A stretch of DNA of 19,504 nt from Promethearchaeota archaeon (GTDB lineage Archaea > Asgardarchaeota > Lokiarchaeia > Sigyniarchaeales > SOKP01), in assembly GCA_048941285.1 (NCBI GenBank), contig JBHLNS010000055.1, positions 1-19,504 of the forward strand. Direction: 5' to 3'. Each line of letters starts with the position of its first letter. The stretch's first letter is position 1. The translations under genes were made by a program, and so were the position numbers. The notes beneath the pieces are model-generated. The model saw only the letters and a list, made by a program, of their open reading frames with translations, had not been told where the DNA came from and searched no databases. This document shows positions 9,300 through 17,800 of the stretch, piece by piece.

Positions 9300-9443
9300 G
9301 TGTCTGATAAAGAAATTCGGTATGATGTTAGATTGGAAGAAGAATTAGAGAAAGTAAAGCTTAAAATCTGGTTGCAGGAAGAACTTCAACTAATTCCTCG
9401 GAAATATCACTCATTAATTATAAAGAATATAACAATTCGATAG
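9300..9443 (+). CDS. Small hypothetical protein, 47 aa (not in ORF track)
   Basis: GTG start; MSDKEIRYDVRLEEELEKVKLKIWLQEELQLIPRKYHSLIIKNITIR-TAG. Protein-like, purine-rich coding pattern in an AT-rich gap; converges on the 9478-9762 gene with a 34-nt gap. Confidence 0.55.
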   Translation: MSDKEIRYDVRLEEELEKVKLKIWLQEELQLIPRKYHSLIIKNITIR

Positions 9444-9477
9444 TAATATAATTTCTCCTTACCCTTTCTCTATACAC

Positions 9478-9762
9478 CTAATCCTCATAATCATTTTTTG
9501 TGCTAATTAAGGTTGTTGTTGCTTCTATCCACTGTGACAATTCTGGATCATTTCTGCAGAACGACACAATTTTTTCTAAGTCCCCGAGATTAATAAATTT
9601 ACATTCAATTAGTAAATCCCAACCGCCATATATAGGTGTAACATAAGTGATCTGCCACTTTTGATTTTTATCGCTAGATTTAAAACTTTTTATTTTTTCT
9701 GTGACTTTCCATTGCGTACCAATAATCTTTAAACGAACTAAAATATATCCGCGATAATAAAT
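9478..9762 (-). CDS. Stand-alone Lrp/AsnC ligand-binding (RAM)-like domain protein, 94 aa, apparent ATT start (not in ORF track)
   Basis: Manual translation: (I/M)YYRGYILVRLKIIGTQWKVTEKIKSFKSSDKNQKWQITYVTPIYGGWDLLIECKFINLGDLEKIVSFCRNDPELSQWIEATTTLISTKNDYED-TAG. YILV, YGGWDLLIE and IEATTTLI fit the RAM pattern (G.YD.I ... I..T.T.I). An in-frame TAG directly precedes ATT; AGGTG lies 8 nt upstream. Confidence 0.8.
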   Translation of the reverse strand: MYYRGYILVRLKIIGTQWKVTEKIKSFKSSDKNQKWQITYVTPIYGGWDLLIECKFINLGDLEKIVSFCRNDPELSQWIEATTTLISTKNDYED

Positions 9763-9859
9763 CTATTTGACACCTAAATTGTATCTTTATATATAATGCA
9801 AATGATAGATTGTGATATATTTACAATATTTTTCAAGATTTCTATTAATGAGAGAGTAA

Positions 9860-10000
9860 ATAGTAGCAGTAATTTCATTTAAATATTATAAAATTATTTC
9901 AATTACCATTAGCTTTATAGGCACATTAATAGAGGGGATTTTTATCGTTCTTATCGCATGTGTTTTTAATGCTGTGATCTTTGGAGTAATGGAATTTTAA
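9860..10000 (+). CDS. Possible small membrane peptide (46 codons) or pseudogene remnant
   Basis: Open frame IVAVISFKYYKIISITISFIGTLIEGIFIVLIACVFNAVIFGVMEF-TAA, strongly hydrophobic. Preceded in frame by ATG AGA GAG TAA (9848-9859). Confidence 0.25.
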   Translation: MVAVISFKYYKIISITISFIGTLIEGIFIVLIACVFNAVIFGVMEF

Positions 10001-10048
10001 TCGCATTAAAAAAAGGTAGATCATAAAAAACCTGAATAGTAAGTTCAT

Positions 10049-13000
10049 CTACCAATATATTTCTTTTAATGTTTTATGATAATCATTAAGTGATTTAATC
10101 GTAATTTTTTTCTTCCTAACGTTTTCTATAGCATTTACCACAGCTTTAGCAAGTTGCAAATTAACAATAACAGGGATATTATAGTCAACTGCCATTCTTC
10201 GAATTTTATATTCATCTTCAATTATAATATTGAATTCATCTTCTGCTGTTGTTGGCATTGGAATATTAATCACCATATCAATATGGCCATCTTGCAGACA
10301 TGCCATTATATTTGGTTCTTTTCCGTATTCATGGACTTTATAGAGTTTAACTGCTTCAATTTCGTTATATTTTAATGCTAGTGCTGTATCTTCCGTTGCG
10401 AAGATTTTAAAGTTTAAGTTTTTTAATTTTTTGGCAATTGGTATTACTTCCTTCTTCAAATCTTCTCCACCTACAGATATTAATACATTACCGCCATTAA
10501 TGGGGATATCCATTTCTGTTGCTTCTAAAGCTTTTATTAGGGCATCTTGAAAGTCTTCGCCTATTATTCCGATTTCACCTGTTGAAGCCATTTCAACTCC
10601 AAGTCTAAAATCAGCTTTATCTAATCTCATGAAAGAAAAAATCGGAGCTTTGATTCCAACATAGTTTCCATAAGGAAGTTTAAGAAGTCTTTCAGGGATT
10701 TTTTTACCCATAATTACTTCTGCTGCTAATCTCATTAGATTAATACCTCTTATTTTTGAAACATAAGGCATACTACGACTTGAACGTAAATTGCATTCAA
10801 TTACATATACCTCTCCATTTTTAACTAAATATTGGACATTAAACGGTCCATTTATTTTGAGAGCTATAGCAATTTGTTTTGTATATTTTTCTATTATCTC
10901 GATAATAGACTGATCCACTGTTTGAGGAGGGATAGCCATGGTAGCATCTCCACTATGAATACCAGCATTTTCGATATGCTCGACAATAGCTCCTATCAAT
11001 ACATTTTCTCCATCACAAATACCATCACATTCAATTTCTCTAGCATTAGTAAAAAACTTAGTTATTACAACAGGATATTCACTGGAAACTGAAGCAGCAA
11101 GATCAAGAGTATCCTTTAGCGTCTTTTCTTCATAAGAAACTCTCATAGCAGCTCCACTTAACACATAAGAGGGTCTAACTAATACAGGGTAACCTACTTC
11201 CTTTGCAAATTGTAACGCTTCATTTTTATTAGTTAAGGTCTTCCATTCTGGCTGCATTATATTTAATTGATCTAATAATGCACTAAATTTACTCCTATCT
11301 TCTGCCATATCTATTCTAGAGCCATGAGTTCCTAGAATTTTTAAATTGGTTTTTCTAAAAAATTCTGAGTATTTAGAAATTTTAGCAGCTAAATTATTTG
11401 CTATTTGCCCCCCCGCAGAAACAACAATACCAGTTGCTTTTTCAAGCTCACAAATGTCAAGAACTCTTTCACCAGAAATTTCTTCAAAATATAATTTATC
11501 AGATATATCATAGTCAGTTGATACAGTTTCAGGATTATAATTTATTATAATTGCTTGATCTATGCCAAGTTTTTTTAAACCCCATAAACAATTGACAGAT
11601 CCCCAATCGAATTCAACTGAAGCGCCAATACGATATGTTCCAGAACCTAATACTATTATTTTTTTTAGATCTAATTTATTTTCTTTTTCAAAATCAATAT
11701 CGTGCTCAGATGCACAATATGTGAGATACAAGTAATTAGTTGCTGCTGGCCATTCAGCTGCTAATGTATCAATTCTTTTAACATAAGGTTGAACAGATAA
11801 TCTTCTTCTCATCTGTCTTATGAAAATAGTATCAACTTTCATAATTTTCGCTATTTGGCCATCAGAAAATCCATATCTTTTCGCTCTTTCTAGCCAATAT
11901 CTTTTCTCACTATCCTCAGTCTCAAGTAGATCAAGATCTTGCAGTTGACGTTCAAGATCAATAATATTTTTCAATTTATATAAAAACCACTTATCAATGC
12001 GGGATAATCGATATATTTCATCAAGGGAGATCCCTTTTTTTATTGCTTCAGCAATTCTAAATATCCTTAAATCTGTTGGATTTCTTAATACGTATTTTAA
12101 TTCATTAATATCTTCAATAAGTTCTAAATTATTTGCTACAAAACCTTTCATGCCAATATCAAGCATTCTAATGGCTTTTTGTAAAACTTCTTCAAAAGTT
12201 CTACCAATTGCCATTACTTCGCCCACACTTTTCATTTGAGAGCCTATTCTTCGATCAACCTTTTGAAATTTGGTCAAGTCCCATCTTGGAATCTTAAGTA
12301 CTAAATAATCCAATGCTGGTTCGAAACAAGCTGTTGTAACTCCAGTAATTTGGTTTTTTAATTCAGGTAATGTATATCCAATTGCTAATTTAGCAGCTAT
12401 ATACGCTAATGGATATCCTGTTGCTTTAGATGCAAGTGCAGAAGATCTTGAAAGACGTGCATTTACTTCTATTGCTCGGAACTCTTTTGAAAAGGGGTCA
12501 AGCCCATATTGAATATTACACTCTCCGATTATACCTAGGTTACGAATTACCCTTATAGATGCTGAACGAAGCATATGATATTCATCATTTGTAAGCGTTT
12601 GGCTAGGGCTAACTACGATTGACTCTCCTGTGTGAAGTCCAACAGGATCAAAATTTTCCATATTGCAATTAATAAAACAATTATCCTTAGAATCTCTTAC
12701 AACTTCATATTCTATCTCCTTCCAACCCCAAATACTTTCTTCAATTAAAATTTGATTTATTCTTGACTGAGCTAATCCCTTTTTCGCCATTCTTTCAAAT
12801 TCTTTTATATTATCAACAATACCAGATCCTCTTCCACCTAATGTATACGCTACTCGTATCATACACGGAAATCCAATTTCTTTTACAGCTTTTAATGCTT
12901 CACTATAAGAATTTACCGCCTGGCTTTTACACACTTTAACATTTGATTTTTCCATCGCTTTCACAAAAAGATCTCTATCTTCGGTAGCTTCAATTGCTTC

Positions 13001-13360
13001 AATAGGAGTCCCAAGCACTCTTACATTATATTTTTCTAAAATTCCCGCTTCTTTTAACTCAACACCTACATTTAAAGCTGTTTGTCCACCAAATGCTAAT
13101 AATATCCCATCTGGTTTTTCTTTTTTTATTATTTCCTCTACATATTTAATATTTATAGGTAATAAATAGACTTTATCTGACAATTCTGGGTCAGTTTGAA
13201 TCGTAGCAATATTGGGGTTGATCAATATTGTCTCAATTCCCTCTTCTTTTAGGGCTTTTAATACTTGACTTCCAGAATAATCGAATTCGCCCGCTTGACC
13301 AATCCTGATACCTCCACTTCCAAGAACTAATGCTTTCTTAATAGTTTTATCTAATGGCAT
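10049..13360 (-). CDS. carB: Carbamoyl-phosphate synthetase large subunit
   Basis: LGSGGIRIGQAGEFDYSG, two ATP-grasp halves (IEVNARLSRSSALASKATGYPLA; IECNLRSSRS), C-terminal MGS-like domain (FATEDTA...IRRMAVDYNIP). 1103 aa. Confidence 0.98.
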   Translation of the reverse strand: MPLDKTIKKALVLGSGGIRIGQAGEFDYSGSQVLKALKEEGIETILINPNIATIQTDPELSDKVYLLPINIKYVEEIIKKEKPDGILLAFGGQTALNVGVELKEAGILEKYNVRVLGTPIEAIEATEDRDLFVKAMEKSNVKVCKSQAVNSYSEALKAVKEIGFPCMIRVAYTLGGRGSGIVDNIKEFERMAKKGLAQSRINQILIEESIWGWKEIEYEVVRDSKDNCFINCNMENFDPVGLHTGESIVVSPSQTLTNDEYHMLRSASIRVIRNLGIIGECNIQYGLDPFSKEFRAIEVNARLSRSSALASKATGYPLAYIAAKLAIGYTLPELKNQITGVTTACFEPALDYLVLKIPRWDLTKFQKVDRRIGSQMKSVGEVMAIGRTFEEVLQKAIRMLDIGMKGFVANNLELIEDINELKYVLRNPTDLRIFRIAEAIKKGISLDEIYRLSRIDKWFLYKLKNIIDLERQLQDLDLLETEDSEKRYWLERAKRYGFSDGQIAKIMKVDTIFIRQMRRRLSVQPYVKRIDTLAAEWPAATNYLYLTYCASEHDIDFEKENKLDLKKIIVLGSGTYRIGASVEFDWGSVNCLWGLKKLGIDQAIIINYNPETVSTDYDISDKLYFEEISGERVLDICELEKATGIVVSAGGQIANNLAAKISKYSEFFRKTNLKILGTHGSRIDMAEDRSKFSALLDQLNIMQPEWKTLTNKNEALQFAKEVGYPVLVRPSYVLSGAAMRVSYEEKTLKDTLDLAASVSSEYPVVITKFFTNAREIECDGICDGENVLIGAIVEHIENAGIHSGDATMAIPPQTVDQSIIEIIEKYTKQIAIALKINGPFNVQYLVKNGEVYVIECNLRSSRSMPYVSKIRGINLMRLAAEVIMGKKIPERLLKLPYGNYVGIKAPIFSFMRLDKADFRLGVEMASTGEIGIIGEDFQDALIKALEATEMDIPINGGNVLISVGGEDLKKEVIPIAKKLKNLNFKIFATEDTALALKYNEIEAVKLYKVHEYGKEPNIMACLQDGHIDMVINIPMPTTAEDEFNIIIEDEYKIRRMAVDYNIPVIVNLQLAKAVVNAIENVRKKKITIKSLNDYHKTLKEIYW

Positions 13361-14499
13361 TAGTTTTTAACCCCCATTAATTCAATAAATTTATCAAATA
13401 GATATAAAGAATCTAAAGGTCCAGGTGATGCCTCTGGATGAAACTGAACAGCGAACAACGGCTTATTTGCATGTATTATTCCTTCATTAGAATTATCATC
13501 TATATTTTTAAGAAATTCCTTAAAACCTCCCGTTTCAAAATCTTTAACACAGAATCCATGATTCTGAGATGTTATATAACACTGATGAGTTTCTGGGTTT
13601 ATAATTGTTTTATTGCCTCCTCTATGACCATATTTTAATTTATAAGAAGAACCACCTGCTCCTAAACCTAAAATTTGATTCCCCAGACAAATACCCATTG
13701 TTGGTATATTATTTTCTATTAAGCTTCTGGCAACGTCTATTGCACTCTTATATATCGCAGGATCTCCTGGTCCATTAGAAATAAATACACCGTCTGGATT
13801 AAGTTTCATAATTTGATTGTAGTTGAAGTCAAAAGGTACAAGAATAACTTCAATCTCTCTCTGCACAAAATTCCTAAGAATATTATTTTTAACTCCCAAA
13901 TCTAACACTACTACTTTCCCTTTTGAATGTAGTGGTATAAATCTCTTAATTTCCTTAGTTGAAACTTCGCTCGCTAAATGTTTAAGGTTTGGATCTTCAA
14001 TTTTTTTGACTTCTTCTCTCAATTCATTTATTTTAGGTTTTTCTCCAGGATTATAAACAGCTAGTAATCCAACTTGAACGCCTTCTTCCCTCAAAATTCT
14101 TGTTAATGCCCTAGTATCGATCCACTCAATTCCAGGAACATCTTCTTCAAGAAGAAACTCATTGAGAGTTTTTGCACTCTCAAAATGGCTTGGATTTTTA
14201 CAACATTCATTAACTACAAATCCTCTTACTTTTATTGAATCTGATTCGAAATATCTTTGAATTCCATATTTATCTTTCTCCCAAGCTGGAACTCCATAAT
14301 TTCCAATAAGAGGGTGAGTCATAACTACAATTTGACCATGATATGAGGGATCTGTTAAAGTTTCATTATAACCAGCACCAGTAATTGTGGTAAAAACAAT
14401 TTCTCCTCCTACTTTCTTGGTAGAACCAAAACCGACTCCTTCAAAATAACGTCCATCTTGAAGCATCAGTATAGCTGGTCTTTCTTTCTTATAAAGCAT
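13360..14499 (-). CDS. carA: Carbamoyl-phosphate synthetase small (glutaminase) subunit
   Basis: LTDPSY.GQ, IDTRALTR..R..G, SNGPGDP, GICLG (catalytic Cys), SQNHGF, QFHPEASPGP. TAATG overlap with carB. Confidence 0.98.
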   Translation of the reverse strand: MLYKKERPAILMLQDGRYFEGVGFGSTKKVGGEIVFTTITGAGYNETLTDPSYHGQIVVMTHPLIGNYGVPAWEKDKYGIQRYFESDSIKVRGFVVNECCKNPSHFESAKTLNEFLLEEDVPGIEWIDTRALTRILREEGVQVGLLAVYNPGEKPKINELREEVKKIEDPNLKHLASEVSTKEIKRFIPLHSKGKVVVLDLGVKNNILRNFVQREIEVILVPFDFNYNQIMKLNPDGVFISNGPGDPAIYKSAIDVARSLIENNIPTMGICLGNQILGLGAGGSSYKLKYGHRGGNKTIINPETHQCYITSQNHGFCVKDFETGGFKEFLKNIDDNSNEGIIHANKPLFAVQFHPEASPGPLDSLYLFDKFIELMGVKN

Positions 14500-14596
14500 A
14501 GACTCTTTTGTAAGTCTCTTCTTTTAAATCTTTAAAATAAAGATAGCTAAACCTTTTTATTAAGATTATTTATTAATGAGTTAAATAAACGAGCGT

Positions 14597-15688
14597 TTAA
14601 ATAGAGCTACCCGGTGGTGGTGAGTATGATGAATATAATTCTTTTTTAATGCTTTCTCCCTTTTCTTTTAGAAATTCTTGTACTGTTTTCTTAATTGACT
14701 TAATTATTGATTCAAAATCAATTTCATGAAAAGAATTATACCACGAATAATCCTTAGTTTTTAACTTTTCTAATTCATCTGATTTCTGTAGAATTATTAT
14801 ATTGTGATCAATTAAAAATGATGGATCTAATATATTCTCCTCTCCATCATTTAATTTTTTTATATTTATAAGCATACACTCAAGTAAATCATCATAAAAA
14901 AGAAGTGGAATATATTTTAATAATTTAGGTTTTACGGTATCTAAAGAAGAATCTAACGTTTCTATGTTGTTTGTAAAACCTATTTCAGAGAGGTCAAAAA
15001 CATCTAGGTTTATCAGTTCTGGATGAAATTGTATTTGCTCTTTTTTTTTCATTTTTTCGCGATATTTTGCTATCTTTTTGATGTACATTTTAACTTTGGT
15101 TTGTAAATGCGTGGTTTCGACTAATATTGAATTTTCTTCTATTCTTTTTTCACATATATGTTGAACATTTTCGCAATAGAGAGTTGCTGCAGTTATTAGG
15201 TCTTCATTATTAAGTTTTGCTCTCAAAAGATTATCAACATATGATTTTAAAAATGCCAAGAAATCATTCTCAAGATCTAATAACTTAGCATACAAAAATT
15301 TTGTAGAATTCCACCATTTTTGTGCTTTTTGAGTTGTAAGAGAAAGAGCAAATTGACCGAAAGCACGAATTTCTGTGAAATTGATCAATTGCTCAATTCC
15401 ATATTGAATAAACATATTGGGATTGATTACGGCATTTAGGTCATCTATTAGTGGAAAAGAAATTGGCTCCCTAGGACGAATTAAAAGAGATTGTTCGCCA
15501 TTAAATACACGATCTACTCTCATGGGAATAGGCATAATTGGATTATTAATGATTCTTTTTAGTATTGCTACATCGCGTTCTGATTCAAAACCAGTTAGAT
15601 CAGGAGGAAACACTTCAAGATAAAAGAAAAAAGGTGCTGCATCATATTTAAAGGTTTTAAATTTATTAATTGGTTTTACAGAGATCAC
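14597..15688 (-). CDS. Hypothetical protein, about 360 aa, start uncertain (GTG 15688 or GTA 15679)
   Basis: Long clean ORF co-oriented between tetR and carA; no family recognised. The annotated GTG lies within the SD-like AGGTGATC. Confidence 0.8.
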   Translation of the reverse strand: MISVKPINKFKTFKYDAAPFFFYLEVFPPDLTGFESERDVAILKRIINNPIMPIPMRVDRVFNGEQSLLIRPREPISFPLIDDLNAVINPNMFIQYGIEQLINFTEIRAFGQFALSLTTQKAQKWWNSTKFLYAKLLDLENDFLAFLKSYVDNLLRAKLNNEDLITAATLYCENVQHICEKRIEENSILVETTHLQTKVKMYIKKIAKYREKMKKKEQIQFHPELINLDVFDLSEIGFTNNIETLDSSLDTVKPKLLKYIPLLFYDDLLECMLINIKKLNDGEENILDPSFLIDHNIIILQKSDELEKLKTKDYSWYNSFHEIDFESIIKSIKKTVQEFLKEKGESIKKELYSSYSPPPGSSI

Positions 15689-15696
15689 CTATGTTA

Positions 15697-16416
15697 TTAA
15701 ATATCTGATTCTTTTTGAACTGAGAATGAATCTATTAATGATTGGGTTAATTTTTGCAAAATAAATTTTCTGAAGTCATCTCTAGAAAAGTCTGATTGAC
15801 CAAACTGAATTATTTCACTTGCAAGATTACCATTGAAATTTTCACTTTGTTCTATTATTCTCATGTGCCTATCTACAATTGCAGCACCTAATATTAAACT
15901 ATAACTATAAAAAGAGAGTAGTCCCGGGTTAGTTTCTTTAATTTCTCCATCATCTATTCCATTCTGGATAGTTCTTGCTGTGCCTTTTAAAAAATTGAAT
16001 TTTCTAAATTCCTTTTCGAATGGACCCATTTTATCAGAAGATGGCGCTTCAATAAGATGCATCATACTAAAAGCCCCATAATCATCCTCAGCAAAATCTA
16101 AAAAATGTTCGAATAGCTTCATTAAAAGATCTGTAGCTGAACTTTTATGATTTCTAATAATTTCGATATTTTCATTTCTATATTGTTTAAAAAACTTATT
16201 CCGAATAGCAATCCACAATTCTCTTTTGCTCTCCACATAATTATATAGATTATTTTGATTCATATTAAGATTTTTTGCCAATCCTCGTAAACTAAAACCA
16301 TCTCTTCCCTTTTTTAAAAATAAATCCTTTCCTGCAGTCAAAATACGTTCAAACTGGGCTGCTTTTTTTTCAGGAGAACGACTCCGGGATTTATTTTTCT
16401 TTATTTTTTCACTCAT
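15697..16416 (-). CDS. TetR/AcrR family transcriptional regulator
   Basis: ILTAGKDLFLKKGRDGFSLRGLAKNLNMNQNNLYNYVESKRELW TetR HTH; C-terminal GIDDGEI motif. Confidence 0.92.
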   Translation of the reverse strand: MSEKIKKNKSRSRSPEKKAAQFERILTAGKDLFLKKGRDGFSLRGLAKNLNMNQNNLYNYVESKRELWIAIRNKFFKQYRNENIEIIRNHKSSATDLLMKLFEHFLDFAEDDYGAFSMMHLIEAPSSDKMGPFEKEFRKFNFLKGTARTIQNGIDDGEIKETNPGLLSFYSYSLILGAAIVDRHMRIIEQSENFNGNLASEIIQFGQSDFSRDDFRKFILQKLTQSLIDSFSVQKESDI

Positions 16417-16705
16417 TTTAAATTTTGATCCATTTTAATTAGAAATATTAAATTTGTAAAGCAAATTGTAAAAGTTTTGGACACATATTAAATTAAGAAA
16501 TTGATAATTATTAAGTTTCTAGCTTTAAATATCATACGTACATTAAAAAATTATTTATAGATTAAAATTTAAAAAAAATCCTTTAATTATAATTTGAAAT
16601 TATTCTTGCGATTCTTTTATTTTCAACTGAAAGATATCAGCTTTCTAAGCTTAAATAGGATTTCTCTTCATATTAAAAATTCCAATCCAATATTATATAT
16701 TTTCG

Positions 16706-17746
16706 TTATTTTAACATAGAATAATTATTTCGAATTACATTTTCTGCTTCTTTCATTATTCTTTCAATAATATCAGCGACATCATCGATACTATCAATAA
16801 TGCCAATTGATTGCCCTAGTAATACGGCACCAGTTTCAGTATCTCCATTATATACTCTATCATAAGCTCCTAAATCATGTACTCTTTGCTCAGGAGTAAT
16901 AGATTGCTCATAAGCAATCATTTCCTCTTTAGAGCTAGGTGCTGGATGTGATAGAGCATATTTGTTTTTGAATAAACGAATAGGACCAAATGCTCCTGTG
17001 AAAAGCCCTGTATCTTGTGGTTTTCCTGGTGGAATTAATGCTTTATACTTTTCATGAAATTCGCTTTGTTTTGAAGCGATGAATCTAGAACCCATAGCTA
17101 TTGCGCCTGCACCTAATGAAAGTGCTGCTACCAATGCTTCTCCTGTAGCGAAGCCTCCACATGCTATTTTGGGTAAATTAGGGAAAGCTTTATTAATTTG
17201 TTGGAGCAAGACAAGTGTAGTGACTCTTTCATATGATTGATGACCTCCTCCTTCAGTGCCAGTGACTACTATTCCGTCTACGCCTGAATTTATGCATTTC
17301 TGTGCAAGCCATACTGCAGGTGCCACATGAAAGTGCTTAACTTCCGAATTTTCCCTTAATTCTTGGAATGATTTTGAGGCAGGCAGTATATTTGAGGATC
17401 CTGCAGAAGTTAGCCAATATTTACATTGGTCCCTCATCTTTGGATTCTCCTTAACTATTCTGGGTAATTTTCTTACCATTTCTCGAACTCCTCGATTATT
17501 CCGAGAAGTGAGGATATTAAGACCAAATGGTTTATCTGTATGTTCAATCATATATTCTAAGCTCGAAATATGTTCCTTAACGGGATCTGTTCCCACTATA
17601 TTAACATTTGATAAAACACCCAAACCTCCTGCTTCGCATACGGCAAGGGCTAAATCGCGTGTAAAAAAAGGACCCATTGGTGCATTAACTATCGGATATT
17701 TTATCCCAAACATTTTAGTAATATTAGTTTCTATCATTTTACTCAT
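16706..17746 (-). CDS. Nitronate monooxygenase / FabK (enoyl-thioester reductase II) family FMN enzyme
   Basis: GIKYPIVNAPMG, LALAVCEAGGLG, TDKPFGLN, GTEGGGH (catalytic His), ACGGF.TG, LGA.AIAMGSRFIAS, GQSIG.I. Confidence 0.92.
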   Translation of the reverse strand: MSKMIETNITKMFGIKYPIVNAPMGPFFTRDLALAVCEAGGLGVLSNVNIVGTDPVKEHISSLEYMIEHTDKPFGLNILTSRNNRGVREMVRKLPRIVKENPKMRDQCKYWLTSAGSSNILPASKSFQELRENSEVKHFHVAPAVWLAQKCINSGVDGIVVTGTEGGGHQSYERVTTLVLLQQINKAFPNLPKIACGGFATGEALVAALSLGAGAIAMGSRFIASKQSEFHEKYKALIPPGKPQDTGLFTGAFGPIRLFKNKYALSHPAPSSKEEMIAYEQSITPEQRVHDLGAYDRVYNGDTETGAVLLGQSIGIIDSIDDVADIIERIMKEAENVIRNNYSMLK

Positions 17747-17800
17747 TCTTTTGAATTTTCATAAGTGTTTTTAATTAAAAATTTGTATTTGAAATTTAAT

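Noticed and set aside
9963-10012. Possible eukaryote-like SECIS (GUGA...AA)
   Set aside because: The 3' GA of the non-canonical quartet is missing, and no adjacent gene has an in-frame TGA.
9926-10051. carB TAG followed immediately by an in-frame ATG and 40 open codons (readthrough or pyrrolysine?)
   Set aside because: CarB is already full length, the extension crosses U-rich terminator-like tracts, and there are no pyl genes in the window.
13358-13375. -1 frameshift at GTT AAA AAC TAA TG fusing CarA to CarB
   Set aside because: T-AAA-AAC is not a canonical X-XXY-YYZ heptamer and I saw no stimulatory structure; TAATG overlap is ordinary translational coupling.
16417-16705. Repeated AAATT(T)GTAAA motifs upstream of tetR, and AT-only palindromes such as AATTAAATTTAATT near 19000
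   Set aside because: Expected by chance in very AT-rich spacers; no convincing operator symmetry.
495-17774. Short track ORFs at 495, 1196, 1424, 3561, 3807, 6878, 7255, 10154, 10832, 11997, 13438, 13823, 15417 and 17508
   Set aside because: All overlap confident genes (antisense or alternate frame) and show no protein-like motifs; treated as shadow ORFs.
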